A stretch of DNA of 61,520 nt, filler included. It is 6 parts of 6 records of this genome, joined end to end, with 100 filler letters (N's around TTAATTAATTAA, not from the genome) between each part and the next. Parts side by side here need not be neighbours in the genome. Positions count along the whole stretch, not along the records: positions 28,434 to 34,300 come from DRR723986_11117; positions 34,401 to 47,261 come from DRR723986_11136; 4 more parts are not named here. One strand, written 5' to 3'. Position 1 is the stretch's first letter; each line of letters begins with the position of its first letter. The translations under genes and the position numbers were made by a program. Positions 30,856-40,802 of the stretch are shown in pieces. Under the pieces are notes generated by a model. The model had not been told where the DNA came from and ran no database searches. It saw only the letters and a program-made list of their open reading frames with translations.

Positions 30856-31757
30856 CAGCTGTCTCCGGCGCCGGCTTTGCGGCCAAGGGCGGCCTCGGGC
30901 AGGCGGGTATTCTGGCGCACGGCGATCATGAACACGCCGGCGAGCGCGATGACGGCGCCCATGAGCAGCCTTGGTGAGACCGGCTCGTTCAGCAGGGCCA
31001 CGCCAAACACGACGCCCCAGATCGGCGTCATCAGGGTCAGCGGAGACAGCATGGAGACATCATACTTCTTGATCAGCGTGTAGAAAGCGCCATGCCCGAA
31101 GATGGAGACGCCCGCGATGGCAAACAGGCTGGCCAGCCAGACCGGCCAGCCGCCATGGATATAGGCATCCACCTGTCCGCGCTCCCACAGGAAAGACACG
31201 GCGAACAGAGGGGCGAAGCTGAACAGGCCGACCCAGGCCTGCACCTGAAGGCCGGTCAGCGGCGGCATCTTCTTCATCAGGATCCCGCCGAAGGACCCGA
31301 TGAAGGCAGAGCCGACAACGAACATCAGGCCGACAGAAATCTGGAAGCTCGACGGGTCGAACGCGATCAACACAACACCTGCAAAGGACAGCATGATGCC
31401 CAATCCCCGGCGCCAGCCGATCGTTTCGCCAAGGAACGCCATGCTCATCAGCGTGGAGATCGGCACGCCCAGCTGTCCGGTAACGGCAACGGCTGAAGCT
31501 TCTGCCGATTGCAGGCCGAGGAACAGCAAGGCGAAGTTCAGCGATCCGATCATGATGGAGATCAGGAGTAGGGTGAACAGCTTGTCTGGTACGGGCCGCA
31601 GGAAGGGGATGAGGAACAGGGCCACGCCGGCAAAGCGGACGGCCGCAAAGAACAGAGGCGGGACCTGCATGTCCGCAACCACCCATCGTGTCAGCACGAT
31701 GTTGAGGCCCCAGACGAGGCAGACACCGAAGAGGAGAAGAAAGTCACGAAAATTCAT
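30855..31757 (-). CDS. EamA/DMT family transporter
   Basis: VWGLN, PPLFFAAVRF, about ten TM segments in two repeats. Confidence 0.92.
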   Translation of the reverse strand: MNFRDFLLLFGVCLVWGLNIVLTRWVVADMQVPPLFFAAVRFAGVALFLIPFLRPVPDKLFTLLLISIMIGSLNFALLFLGLQSAEASAVAVTGQLGVPISTLMSMAFLGETIGWRRGLGIMLSFAGVVLIAFDPSSFQISVGLMFVVGSAFIGSFGGILMKKMPPLTGLQVQAWVGLFSFAPLFAVSFLWERGQVDAYIHGGWPVWLASLFAIAGVSIFGHGAFYTLIKKYDVSMLSPLTLMTPIWGVVFGVALLNEPVSPRLLMGAVIALAGVFMIAVRQNTRLPEAALGRKAGAGDS

Positions 31758-31936
31758 GTCAGCCCCGTATCAGGCTTTTCCCGGTTTGGGCAGACTTTGT
31801 AAGCCCCTCGCTCAGGGGAACCGGGGGTCACTTTCATGCGTACACTTGTGGCGGCATTCAGGCTGGGTTTAAGTTAACCTGTATAAGGGTGAGCGGTTGA
31901 GCTGCCGGTACACGGCGGCCTTTTGGGAGAAGGTGA

Positions 31937-32644
31937 ATGTCTCTGATCTGGTGGATTTTGCCAGCAATATCAGGCGTTATCGGGCTGATGCTGCTGTTTG
32001 CCGGATTCGGCAAACTTGCAAGCCTGAAACCCGTCAGCGGTGGCGGCCGGCTGATTTTCGGTGTCGGCTTCCTCGGCCTGGCGGGGATTGTGGCGCTGTC
32101 CGGCCTCAACTTGCAGACCTACAAACGCCTGACGCTGGAGCGGGATGCGGCGCATATCCGCTTCGACGCTGTCGTTGACCAGCCGAACACCTATCAGGCG
32201 ACCCTCACCGTGCCGCAGGAAGTGGAACCCCGCGTCTACACGCTGACGGGTGACGAGTTCTCGATGGGCGCGCAGGTGATCAAGTTCAAGCCGCTCGCCA
32301 ACATGCTGGGCTATGACTCGGTCTACCGGCTGGAATATCTCGAAGGGCGGTATTCGAACCGCTACTCGACCGAAGGCGTCACCAAGGCGGAAACCCATGG
32401 GATCCGCCTCTATGCCAATCCGGGCCTGGATGTCCGCAAGTTCGCAGCGGAGCAGGGCGCGCGTTTCGGCCTGGAAGACGCGCAATATGGGTCGGCGACC
32501 TATATGCCGATGGGCGATGGTTATGAGTTCGATGTGAATATCACTCAGGACGCGCTGGTCGCCCGGCCGACCGAGCCGACGCGCCTGCTGATGCAACGGG
32601 CGGCCTATCCCGGCTTCCAGCCTGGCGTGGAGACGAAACAGTGA
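31937..32644 (+). CDS. Hypothetical membrane protein
   Basis: Two N-terminal TM; YKRLTLE, YRLEYLEGRY, DAQYGSATYMPM; GTGA overlap downstream. Confidence 0.75.
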   Translation: MSLIWWILPAISGVIGLMLLFAGFGKLASLKPVSGGGRLIFGVGFLGLAGIVALSGLNLQTYKRLTLERDAAHIRFDAVVDQPNTYQATLTVPQEVEPRVYTLTGDEFSMGAQVIKFKPLANMLGYDSVYRLEYLEGRYSNRYSTEGVTKAETHGIRLYANPGLDVRKFAAEQGARFGLEDAQYGSATYMPMGDGYEFDVNITQDALVARPTEPTRLLMQRAAYPGFQPGVETKQ

Positions 32645-33267
32645 ATCCCTGGGAAAAATACGTCGTTCCGAACCTGATTTCATGCGCCTGCGCATCGAAG
32701 CCAATGATGAAGCAACGCGAGAAAGTCATTCCGCATGCAGAGGGGAAGGTGCTGGAAATCGGTTGCGGCAGTGGCACGAACTTTTCCTATTATGACCCAG
32801 ACAAGGTCGAGCACCTCTACGCGCTGGAACCTTCCGAAGGCATGCTGAAAAAAGCGCGGCGCACGGCAGGCGCGCTTGGCTATGGCAACAATATCGAATT
32901 TTTGGAGACCGGCGCCGAATCCGTCCCGCTGGAAGACCATTCCATCGATACGGTCGTCTACACTTTCGTGCTGTGCACCATTCCGGACTGGAAAGGCGCG
33001 CTGGAGGAAACACGCCGCCTGCTGAAGCCGGGCGGCAAGATCATATTCTCCGAGCATGGCCTGGCGCCGGATGAAGGCGTCGCGAAATGGCAGCGCCGGG
33101 TTGAGCCGATCTGGAAACCTCTGGCAGGCGGCTGTCACCTGACGCGCGACACGCGGAAGATGCTTGAGGAAGCAGGGTTCGAGCTGAAAGACTCCGAAAC
33201 CATGTACCTGCCGGGGACTCCGAAGATTGCCGGCTTCTGCTCCTGGGGTTCTGCCGTTCCGGCCTGA
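32641..33267 (+). CDS. Class I SAM-dependent methyltransferase (METTL7-like)
   Basis: VLEIGCGSG, VLCTIPD, RLLKPGG, GGCHLTRD. Confidence 0.92.
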   Translation: MNPWEKYVVPNLISCACASKPMMKQREKVIPHAEGKVLEIGCGSGTNFSYYDPDKVEHLYALEPSEGMLKKARRTAGALGYGNNIEFLETGAESVPLEDHSIDTVVYTFVLCTIPDWKGALEETRRLLKPGGKIIFSEHGLAPDEGVAKWQRRVEPIWKPLAGGCHLTRDTRKMLEEAGFELKDSETMYLPGTPKIAGFCSWGSAVPA

Positions 33268-33268
33268 C

Positions 33269-34087
33269 ATGCGGGAACCACCCTATTTGCCATTCCTTTC
33301 CGGTCCGGCGAGCCTTGCGCCGGGGCTGAAACCTATTCCAGCAGAAAACCTGATCGCACCCGATACGGAGGCTGAGGTCTGGCTGCCGGAAAAGCGGCGG
33401 ATCATGAAAGAGCGGCGCGCGGACGTCTTTATTTCGCGTTTGCCGGAAAAAATGATGGCAGAAGCGGCGGACTACGTCACCCGGCACCTTCCGCCAGCGG
33501 AGGAAGGCTGGCCTACGCCACTGGAAGCCGCGGCGGCGCGCGTCTCCGATGATTTGTGCCTGCTTCAACGGGGTGAAGATGGTCTCTGGCGTCTGGAGGC
33601 GGCGAGTCTTGTCGCACCGACCTTCTGGCTTTTGTCGGAGAAGGCAGGCCAGCCGCTCGGGGGGCTTCATGATCCGGTTCCGGATGCCAATCCCGGCCTC
33701 GTCTCGCGGATCGCGCGCATGTTCGATGCGTTGCGTCCGGGGCAGGTGCTGGAACGGTTCAACTGGACCGTCCAGGCTGGCGACGCCCGTTTCACGCCAA
33801 GCGCCGGGCCGTTGAAGGCGCTGGCGGCTGTGACGCCGGAGGCGGTGGCGCTGGATGTGCTGCATCTTCGTGTCGAGCGCCAGACGATTTCGAAATTGCC
33901 GGACAGCGGCCTTTTGTTGTTCACGATCCGCATTGCGGTCGATCCGCTCTCGGCCGCGCTGTCTTCGCCGGATCGTGTCTCTGCGTTCCGGCAAGCGTGG
34001 GAGGGAACAGACAAGGCACTGGCAGACTACAAGGGATGGCCAGCCTGTCAGCGGCTGGTGCGTGCTGCGCTCCGCCGCCTTTCCTGA
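33269..34087 (+). CDS. DUF3445 / heme-dependent oxidative N-demethylase alpha-like protein
   Basis: VSDDLCLL, PTFW...EKAG.PL..LHDPVP, ERFNW, LRVERQT...LFTIR. Confidence 0.85.
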   Translation: MREPPYLPFLSGPASLAPGLKPIPAENLIAPDTEAEVWLPEKRRIMKERRADVFISRLPEKMMAEAADYVTRHLPPAEEGWPTPLEAAAARVSDDLCLLQRGEDGLWRLEAASLVAPTFWLLSEKAGQPLGGLHDPVPDANPGLVSRIARMFDALRPGQVLERFNWTVQAGDARFTPSAGPLKALAAVTPEAVALDVLHLRVERQTISKLPDSGLLLFTIRIAVDPLSAALSSPDRVSAFRQAWEGTDKALADYKGWPACQRLVRAALRRLS

Positions 34088-34165
34088 CATACCTTTTCTG
34101 AGTGGAGCAACCGCGTTATGCCTCAGTCCGAATCGAACATCGCAGAATGAGAGACGGAAGACGCA

Positions 34166-34300
34166 ATGAAATACTGGCTGATCAAATCCGAACCCGATGC
34201 ATGGAGCTGGGACGAACAGGTCGCCAAGGGGGATGAAGGCGAGGAGTGGAGCGGTATCCGCAATTACCAGGCCCGCAATTTCATGCGCGAGATGAAGCTC
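34166..34300 (+). CDS. EVE domain protein (partial)
   Basis: MKYWLIKSEPDAWSW...WSGIRNYQARNFMR. Confidence 0.92.
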
Positions 34301-34400
34301 NNNNNNNNNNNNNNNNNNNNNNNNNNNNNNNNNNNNNNNNNNNNTTAATTAATTAANNNNNNNNNNNNNNNNNNNNNNNNNNNNNNNNNNNNNNNNNNNN
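34301..34400. other. Artificial contig spacer
   Basis: N-run with TTAATTAATTAA. Confidence 0.98.
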
Positions 34401-34536
34401 CTTAGTTACGGTGAGATTGGTGGATGGAGCATACTGGTTCGGACGGAGATTTTACTGTCCTTAATGCCGATGAAAATACCCGATTGGCAAATAGAAGCAC
34501 TGAAACTCCTCTAGCCTGTATCATCTAAACAATAAG

Positions 34537-34565
34537 TTGCCAGTAATTATTTGTTATTGTATAAC
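34537..34565 (+). promoter_or_regulatory. Sigma-70 promoter with overlapping Zur box
   Basis: TTGCCA-N17-TATAAC; palindrome GTTAT-TGT-ATAAC at 34553-34565 covers the -10. Confidence 0.75.
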
Positions 34566-34588
34566 CTCTCGCGTGGGGAGTGTTCAAA

Positions 34589-34903
34589 ATGAACGTTTTG
34601 AAGCAAAAAATAAAAATTAAGAGCCGCATGCATGGTTTAGCTATGATTGCGATCTTTATTTTTGCGCAACTCCTCATTACTTTCCATCATATTGATGAAC
34701 CTCATGTTGCCAATGAAGATAGTGTGGCTGTTGAGTGTGATATCTGTACCGTTTCACCGGGAGCTTTTGATCTTGCTCCACATACATACGCACCAACGGC
34801 ACCAGCTTTAGTAAGAAACATGACGCCCTGCCGTGGTGATACAATACATATCTCTGAGCGAACTTGTTCCGGTTATGCTCGGGCGCCACCTCGCATTCTG
34901 TAA
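34589..34903 (+). CDS. DUF2946-like leader protein (TM, His, CxxC, C-terminal RAPP)
   Basis: GGGGAG RBS; TM ending AQLLITFHH, CDIC, ends YARAPPRIL*. Confidence 0.8.
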   Translation: MNVLKQKIKIKSRMHGLAMIAIFIFAQLLITFHHIDEPHVANEDSVAVECDICTVSPGAFDLAPHTYAPTAPALVRNMTPCRGDTIHISERTCSGYARAPPRIL

Positions 34904-34981
34904 ACACGAAAATCGTCATCAGCTTTTCGCTGGTTCACATAGACAACTCCTGCTTCGTTTCAGCTGCGAGTATGTGTTTGG

Positions 34982-35455
34982 ATGCTAATCATGAATATTG
35001 AAACTGCGCGGCCTGAAGGTCGTAAAACCCTTGTTGTAGACACCGCTCGTCCCGGTAGTTTACCAAAGCTTACAAGAAACCAGAAAATGGTATATAACGC
35101 ATTACGGGACTTGGGCCGTGCTGCTAAAGCATATGAACTGCTTGATATATTGCGGCCAAAAGGCGTTAAAGCAGCACCAACAGTCTATCGTGCTTTGCAT
35201 GAGCTGGAAGAAAAGAGTCTCGTGAAGCATGTGGTGTCTTCCCGAACTTTTTTTGCGTGCCAGCAATCTGAACTTGCCGCAAAACAAAAAGTCGTGCTGT
35301 TGTGCAATGCATGTGGCAAAATCCAGTTTCTTGAGAATAAACCCCTGCTGGCGGCACTAACCACAAATGCTCGTGAAAATGGTTTTACTGTCCGTTCTTA
35401 TCATTTGGAAATTGAGACATCATGCATCAATTGTGATAGAGGGCCGTTATCATGA
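34982..35455 (+). CDS. zur: Fur-family regulator, Zur-like
   Basis: LTRNQ...KAYELLD.LR...AAPTVYRAL, FFAC, CNACG, CINC. Confidence 0.82.
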   Translation: MLIMNIETARPEGRKTLVVDTARPGSLPKLTRNQKMVYNALRDLGRAAKAYELLDILRPKGVKAAPTVYRALHELEEKSLVKHVVSSRTFFACQQSELAAKQKVVLLCNACGKIQFLENKPLLAALTTNARENGFTVRSYHLEIETSCINCDRGPLS

Positions 35456-35853
35456 TCTCAGTTATCAGCTATCATGAGAATCTGGACCGGTTAGGTGTAA
35501 TCGCAGCCAGCATTTGTCTGCTACACTGTGCTGTCATTCCTATTATGCTCATCGTTATGCCTGCCATAGGTACCTATGTGTTTAGTGGTGACGGGTTACA
35601 TTTACCCTTGGTGGTTTTCGCTTCTGCTTTAGGTGCTTATACAATTCTCTTGGGGGTATTGCGCCACGGGAGAAAGGGGCCCGCTATTATGGCGGCTGTT
35701 GGCATTGTTTTACTCTTAACATCTCTAGCGGAAGCACAGCTCGGTCAATTATCAGAGTATCTGGCCAGCTTGGGTGCGCTAACCATGGCGTATGCGCATA
35801 TCAGAAATTTAAGGGCGTCATGTGCATGTTGTCCCTGCGCACCTACACAATAA
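35452..35853 (+). CDS. MerC-domain membrane protein
   Basis: LDRLGVIAASICLLHC...P, four TM, AHIRN; Cys-rich tail. Confidence 0.85.
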   Translation: MISVISYHENLDRLGVIAASICLLHCAVIPIMLIVMPAIGTYVFSGDGLHLPLVVFASALGAYTILLGVLRHGRKGPAIMAAVGIVLLLTSLAEAQLGQLSEYLASLGALTMAYAHIRNLRASCACCPCAPTQ

Positions 35854-35924
35854 AAACAAGATCCGGCAGCGTACCGGGCTTTGTACTGAGCTTGCAATAC
35901 AATCTACCAGCAGCGAGAAATACA

Positions 35925-38015
35925 ATGAGAAAACATGACATGTCGCTCCTTGCGGCAATGGTTTGGCTAATGGCGGTGCCAATAGCAACAGGGCAGGCCC
36001 AAGAAGCCTCTGAGGGCGATAGCACGCAAGCGACATTGGTGGCAGGGCTTGAAAATGCGCAGGTATATCAGCGCAGTTTTTTTGATCAGTTCACACCACA
36101 AACTGCACGCGACATGATTGATCGAGTGCCAGGGTTCACACTTAGTGCAGGCGATGACCTGCGTGGCTTTGGCGGTACTGCAGGTAATGTGCTGATTGAC
36201 GGCGAAAGGCCCTCATCCAAGACGGGCGGCATCGACGACGCGCTTGGGCGCATCCCTGCTAATCAAGTGGCCCGGATCGAGGTTATTCGAGGATCTGCTG
36301 GGTCTGGCGAGGCCGCCGGTCAGTCTGTTGTAGCAAATGTCATTCGCCTAAAACAAGGTTCTGCAGGTAGCTGGGAAGTAAAGTTAGAGCGAGCTGCTGA
36401 CGGTGTTCTAAACCCGCGCGGTGAGCTTACCGTTGTTAGGCAAGTCTCTGGCTGGAAAACATCCACAAAAATAAATGCGTTTTGGGAGAGGTTTCCCCTC
36501 AGCGGCCCCCGCACCCAGTTTGATAGTGCGGGGAGCCTACTGTCATCACAGTTTGAAGATCGCCCTAGCACTTTGACTGAGGCCTTCGTTTCATCCGAGG
36601 CGGAGCGCTCTGCGGCGGGGGGTATGTTATCTCTAACCGGGCGTTTCGGGCGCAGTGCCTTTTTGCCGACTACGGAAAGGTTAGGGTTTGACGGTCGCCT
36701 TCCGGATGAGAATCCTGACGAGCGCTTTTTTATCGACCTCAATAGTGTTTTTTACGAAGGTGAGTTTGGCGCTGATTGGAGTAGGAGCCTTGGTGATTTA
36801 TGGACACTTAAACTGCTGTCTCTTTCTTCTTTTCAAACTTGGGAACAGGAACAATTGGTTTCTACAGAACGGCCCGTAGGAAATCTGGCCTCGGGTTCGA
36901 CCTTCACACGTGAGCAAGATACATTTGAAACCGTGTTAAGGGGGGCGTTTACCAAGTCAGGTTCCAGCCGACTGCGCCCTGAATTTGGCGCCGAGATTGC
37001 CTACAATAGCCTTGATAGTAAATTGTCATTGGAGACCCGCGATGCAGGTGGGGTCAATGCTATTGACCTTCCTGCAGCAGATGTTCTGGTTAAGGAACTT
37101 CGTGGGGAAGCCTATTCGAACCTGATTTGGCAAGTGGGTGATGGGTTATCTTTTGAAACAGGTTTGGCTGCCGAGTTTTCTCAGATTACTGTTTCAGGTG
37201 ATGCTGATAGCCGTCAGTCTTTTTTCTTTGTAAAGCCGTTTGCTACGGCAATCTATGACGTTAAACCCGGGTTTCAATTCAGGTTAGGGTTGCGCCGGAC
37301 GGTTGGGCAGCTCGATTTTAGTGAATTTGCAGCATCTGCCTCGGCTGAGGATGACAGATTACTGGCGGGTAATCCAAACCTTGGCCCAGACCAGACAACG
37401 CGTGCCTCTTTTACTGTGGACTTGAGGTCTGAAAAAAGAGGGGCGATAAACGTTGAATTTTTTCATGAGTGGAGAGATGATCTCATTGAACAGGTCCGTT
37501 TGCCTTCAGGTAGTTTTGGTGCGGCAAATGCCGGCAACGGCCGATTGTGGGGTGTAACTGCGAACGCTAGTGCTCCTCTCGGCCCTATTATCCCGGGTGG
37601 TCTTTTGGAAGTGGAGGCTGATTTTCGTGATTCAATCTTTGCAGACCCGCTTTCCGGTAACGACAGGGACATATCCAATGTGTCCTCACCAACAATGTTT
37701 GCTGAGTTCCGACAAGACTTGCCGGATCAGAAGCTAGCGTGGGGTTTTTCCTACAGGGCAGCTCAAAAGAGGCAGTTCTTCTTCGCAAATGAAATTAGCT
37801 TCATACGCGAAGGAGAACAATGGCGTGCTTTTGTTCAATCGACACACTTGAAAGGTTGGCGTACCACGCTTGAGGTTAGAAGCATAGGAGGTAGGAACCG
37901 TTTTCGTGAACGAACTTTCTTTGAACCAAGTCGTGCAGACAGTTTCTCAGGATCCGAAATCATAGACCGAAGTCGAGGTGCTTTTGTTTCAATAACTATT
38001 GCAGGGCAATTTTAG
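35925..38015 (+). CDS. TonB-dependent receptor
   Basis: Signal peptide, plug (DMIDRVPGF...RIEVIRG), GNPNLGP, terminal Phe. Confidence 0.9.
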   Translation: MRKHDMSLLAAMVWLMAVPIATGQAQEASEGDSTQATLVAGLENAQVYQRSFFDQFTPQTARDMIDRVPGFTLSAGDDLRGFGGTAGNVLIDGERPSSKTGGIDDALGRIPANQVARIEVIRGSAGSGEAAGQSVVANVIRLKQGSAGSWEVKLERAADGVLNPRGELTVVRQVSGWKTSTKINAFWERFPLSGPRTQFDSAGSLLSSQFEDRPSTLTEAFVSSEAERSAAGGMLSLTGRFGRSAFLPTTERLGFDGRLPDENPDERFFIDLNSVFYEGEFGADWSRSLGDLWTLKLLSLSSFQTWEQEQLVSTERPVGNLASGSTFTREQDTFETVLRGAFTKSGSSRLRPEFGAEIAYNSLDSKLSLETRDAGGVNAIDLPAADVLVKELRGEAYSNLIWQVGDGLSFETGLAAEFSQITVSGDADSRQSFFFVKPFATAIYDVKPGFQFRLGLRRTVGQLDFSEFAASASAEDDRLLAGNPNLGPDQTTRASFTVDLRSEKRGAINVEFFHEWRDDLIEQVRLPSGSFGAANAGNGRLWGVTANASAPLGPIIPGGLLEVEADFRDSIFADPLSGNDRDISNVSSPTMFAEFRQDLPDQKLAWGFSYRAAQKRQFFFANEISFIREGEQWRAFVQSTHLKGWRTTLEVRSIGGRNRFRERTFFEPSRADSFSGSEIIDRSRGAFVSITIAGQF

Positions 38016-38076
38016 ATATGAAGCAATTCGTTAACCTAAGAATTTACTTCAGTTTTTGTGATTAAAATGAAGCAAC

Positions 38077-38110
38077 TTGCAAAAATTAGAAAAGTGATAT
38101 AGTAACGTTT
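38077..38110 (+). promoter_or_regulatory. Second putative promoter with Zur box
   Basis: TTGCAA at 38077 followed by AAAGTGATATAGTAACGTTT, similar to the Zur consensus and to the 34553 box. Confidence 0.65.
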
Positions 38111-38112
38111 AT

Positions 38113-38418
38113 ATGGGGAATGCGAGGGGAAATAAAAGCGTTTCTAGAATGCTGGCTTGGTGTTTGGCGGCATTATTTTGTGTGGCGCAATTCCAAATAA
38201 GCACGCATTCCCATGACCAAGACGATTTCAACCTACAGCATGAATGCACCGTCTGCGTAACAGCTAATCATCTTGATGACGCTGATACTCATGAAGCGGC
38301 GTTTATAGTTCAAAGTCAGCCGCCGACAATACCTACACAACAAATAGAAACCCCCATCCTAAAGGCCCTTCTAGCATACCCAAATGTGCGCGGGCCCCCT
38401 ACTACTGAGCATTTATAG
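38113..38418 (+). CDS. DUF2946-like leader protein (TM, HxH, CxxC, C-terminal RGPP)
   Basis: TM ending AQFQISTHSH, HECTVC, ends NVRGPPTTEHL*. Confidence 0.8.
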   Translation: MGNARGNKSVSRMLAWCLAALFCVAQFQISTHSHDQDDFNLQHECTVCVTANHLDDADTHEAAFIVQSQPPTIPTQQIETPILKALLAYPNVRGPPTTEHL

Positions 38419-38542
38419 TCAGAACATCTGCTGAACCCAAGTTCGCGGATCACTGACATAATTTCATAAAAACAACCAAGTTTGTGGCGCAATTCTCGCG
38501 GGAATTGAGCGCCTATGATCTCAATGCTCAGGAATTAGAACC

Positions 38543-40765
38543 ATGAAAACCGGAATTTTTAGTGGTAAATTGTTAAATACAGTTGCGCTTAGCGCCCTTA
38601 TTATTGGTGTTTCATCACAATCAATCGCTCAGAATGAGAAGGATGATACCGACGAAAGCTTGGAAACGATTGTCGTAACGGCAACGCGCACGGCGCGTGA
38701 CACGTTAGATGTCCCGGCTCATGTTACCAACCTTGATATCGAAGTTTTGCGCAATCGCGGTTTTTTTGCGGGCGCTGATGAATTGCGCGGTGAACCTGGT
38801 ATTTTCTTCCGGCGCGGTGAGGGTGATAATGACGAATTTCTTTTAATCAATATTCGCGGCATTACCGGCTCCAGCGGCAATGACCATATTCTTGGCTTGC
38901 TCGACGGCATTCCGCTTATTTCGCCTGATGATGAAGTTTTGCTTGCCGAGGTTCCCTATGCCGCCATTGGCCAGACGGAAGTTGTTCGCGGCCCAATTTC
39001 TGCTCTTTATGGCCGGAGCGGTGTTGCCGGTGCCATTAACTACCGGCTGCGCGACCCGTCTGATGAATTTGGCGTTAGTCTTAGTCTGCGAGGTGGCAGT
39101 TATGGCTTTTTGCGCGGCGAGGCCGTAATTGAAGGCCCTGTTACCGAGGGTGTGAAAGGCCTTGCCATGGTAAGCCGCGAGCACTCTGATGGCTGGCGCG
39201 ATAATAATGAGCGCGATATTCTCACCTTGTTTGGCAACCTAGAGATTGAGCTCTCAGAGGCAACAAGCCTTGAACTTTTTCTAACGTATTATGACCGCTC
39301 CAGCGAGTCCGGCAGCCCGATTCCGCTTTTGCCGGACGGCTCATTGGTGGAAGTTGCAGGTGGCCGGGAGGCCTTTCTTGGCCCACGGCCGCCTAAAAAT
39401 GAGGTTGAAAGTCTCATGGGGGCCGCACGTTTGCGCCATGAAGTCAGTGAAGACTTTGCCCTTACAGCCACCTTCAGTGCCCGCAGCCGGGACACTTTGA
39501 CCAGCTTGAACTTTCTTGACAGTTTCGAGTTTGACCCTGCTAACAACATTATAGGCTTCAACGGTTTCCAATCTCCAAATGAGGGCAATCACTATTTCGG
39601 AGAAGTCACAGCAGAGTGGAACGCAGGGAACCACTCCTTTGTTGCTGGCGTTAGCTATGAACGAGCAAGCCTTACCGAGCGATCACAGTTTACCGGGCAG
39701 AACGGCTTTACATTTGAATGCGGATTCAAATTCTTTGCAATATTAGTTGATTACTCCACCGGTGATATCCTCAATCAGGATCATCCCTGTTTTGTCACCA
39801 ACCAAACAACCTTCTCGGCGGACGCAACAAGCGACTATTTTGGGGCTTTCATCCAAGATGAATGGCAAATTCTCGACCGCCTGACGTTAACCCTTGGATT
39901 ACGCTACGATAGTTTCGAGCGTAACGTTGACTTTGCCTCCCTGCCGCCCTTTGACCAATCGCAGCGGGTAACTGACACCGCAGACCAGCTCACGCCAAAG
40001 GCCTCGCTTGCTTACCGGTTTGAAGACAGCTTGGCCTATTTCTCTTTTGGGCGTGGTTTCAGCTCCAACTTTGGTTCTGTTTTCCTCTATGACCCCACCC
40101 GCTTCAGGCGTGATGTAAAACCTTCCACCCTCGATAGCTTCGAGTGGGGCTGGAAGGGTCGGGCGCTCGATAACCGTCTGCAATATCAATTTGCGTTTTA
40201 TTACATCAATCAACGGGATCGGTTACTTACAACAGCTAACCCCGATGCTGCGGGCGACTTTACCCAGCCCGGTACTCTAGTCACAACCGGCCAGAAATAT
40301 GTCAGCAAAGGGATGGAAGCGAGCTTCGCAATTCGACCTGATGATGCCACGGTTCTTGATATCCGTTACGCTTATATTGACCCTGAGTGGGACGAGAACA
40401 TTATCAATACCTTTGGAGGGCCGCTGGACCTTTCCGGCAATACCCCGCAGGGCGTTCCAGCCCACACCCTTTACCTTGCCGCAGAACGACGCTTTACAGA
40501 CTGGTTCAGTGGTCGCGTATCCTTTGAGTGGTACGATGATTACTTCGTAACCTTGGACAATAGCGTCGAAGGCGGAAGTTATAATCTAGTTAATATGGGC
40601 TTCACGTTAAGTCCCTTTGGAGAAGACGGGCCTCATCTCGATTTAGAAGCAACCAACCTTTTCGATAAAAATTACAATTTCCTCGCTGGTGGTGTGGCAA
40701 ACCCAATTCTCGCAACGCCCGGGGTGCCGTTCAGCTTGTTCGCGACGCTGAGACAGAGATTTTAA
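38543..40765 (+). CDS. TonB-dependent receptor
   Basis: AGGA RBS, signal peptide, TonB box ETIVVTATR, EVVRGPISALYG, LTLGLRYD, NLFDKNY, terminal Phe. Confidence 0.95.
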   Translation: MKTGIFSGKLLNTVALSALIIGVSSQSIAQNEKDDTDESLETIVVTATRTARDTLDVPAHVTNLDIEVLRNRGFFAGADELRGEPGIFFRRGEGDNDEFLLINIRGITGSSGNDHILGLLDGIPLISPDDEVLLAEVPYAAIGQTEVVRGPISALYGRSGVAGAINYRLRDPSDEFGVSLSLRGGSYGFLRGEAVIEGPVTEGVKGLAMVSREHSDGWRDNNERDILTLFGNLEIELSEATSLELFLTYYDRSSESGSPIPLLPDGSLVEVAGGREAFLGPRPPKNEVESLMGAARLRHEVSEDFALTATFSARSRDTLTSLNFLDSFEFDPANNIIGFNGFQSPNEGNHYFGEVTAEWNAGNHSFVAGVSYERASLTERSQFTGQNGFTFECGFKFFAILVDYSTGDILNQDHPCFVTNQTTFSADATSDYFGAFIQDEWQILDRLTLTLGLRYDSFERNVDFASLPPFDQSQRVTDTADQLTPKASLAYRFEDSLAYFSFGRGFSSNFGSVFLYDPTRFRRDVKPSTLDSFEWGWKGRALDNRLQYQFAFYYINQRDRLLTTANPDAAGDFTQPGTLVTTGQKYVSKGMEASFAIRPDDATVLDIRYAYIDPEWDENIINTFGGPLDLSGNTPQGVPAHTLYLAAERRFTDWFSGRVSFEWYDDYFVTLDNSVEGGSYNLVNMGFTLSPFGEDGPHLDLEATNLFDKNYNFLAGGVANPILATPGVPFSLFATLRQRF

Positions 40766-40802
40766 TACCGGCCTTGCCGACAAAATTTGAAGGAACAAGA
40801 CG

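Noticed and set aside
35452-35853. Mercury resistance operon
   Set aside because: No merR, merA, merT or merP; the context is Zur/TonB uptake
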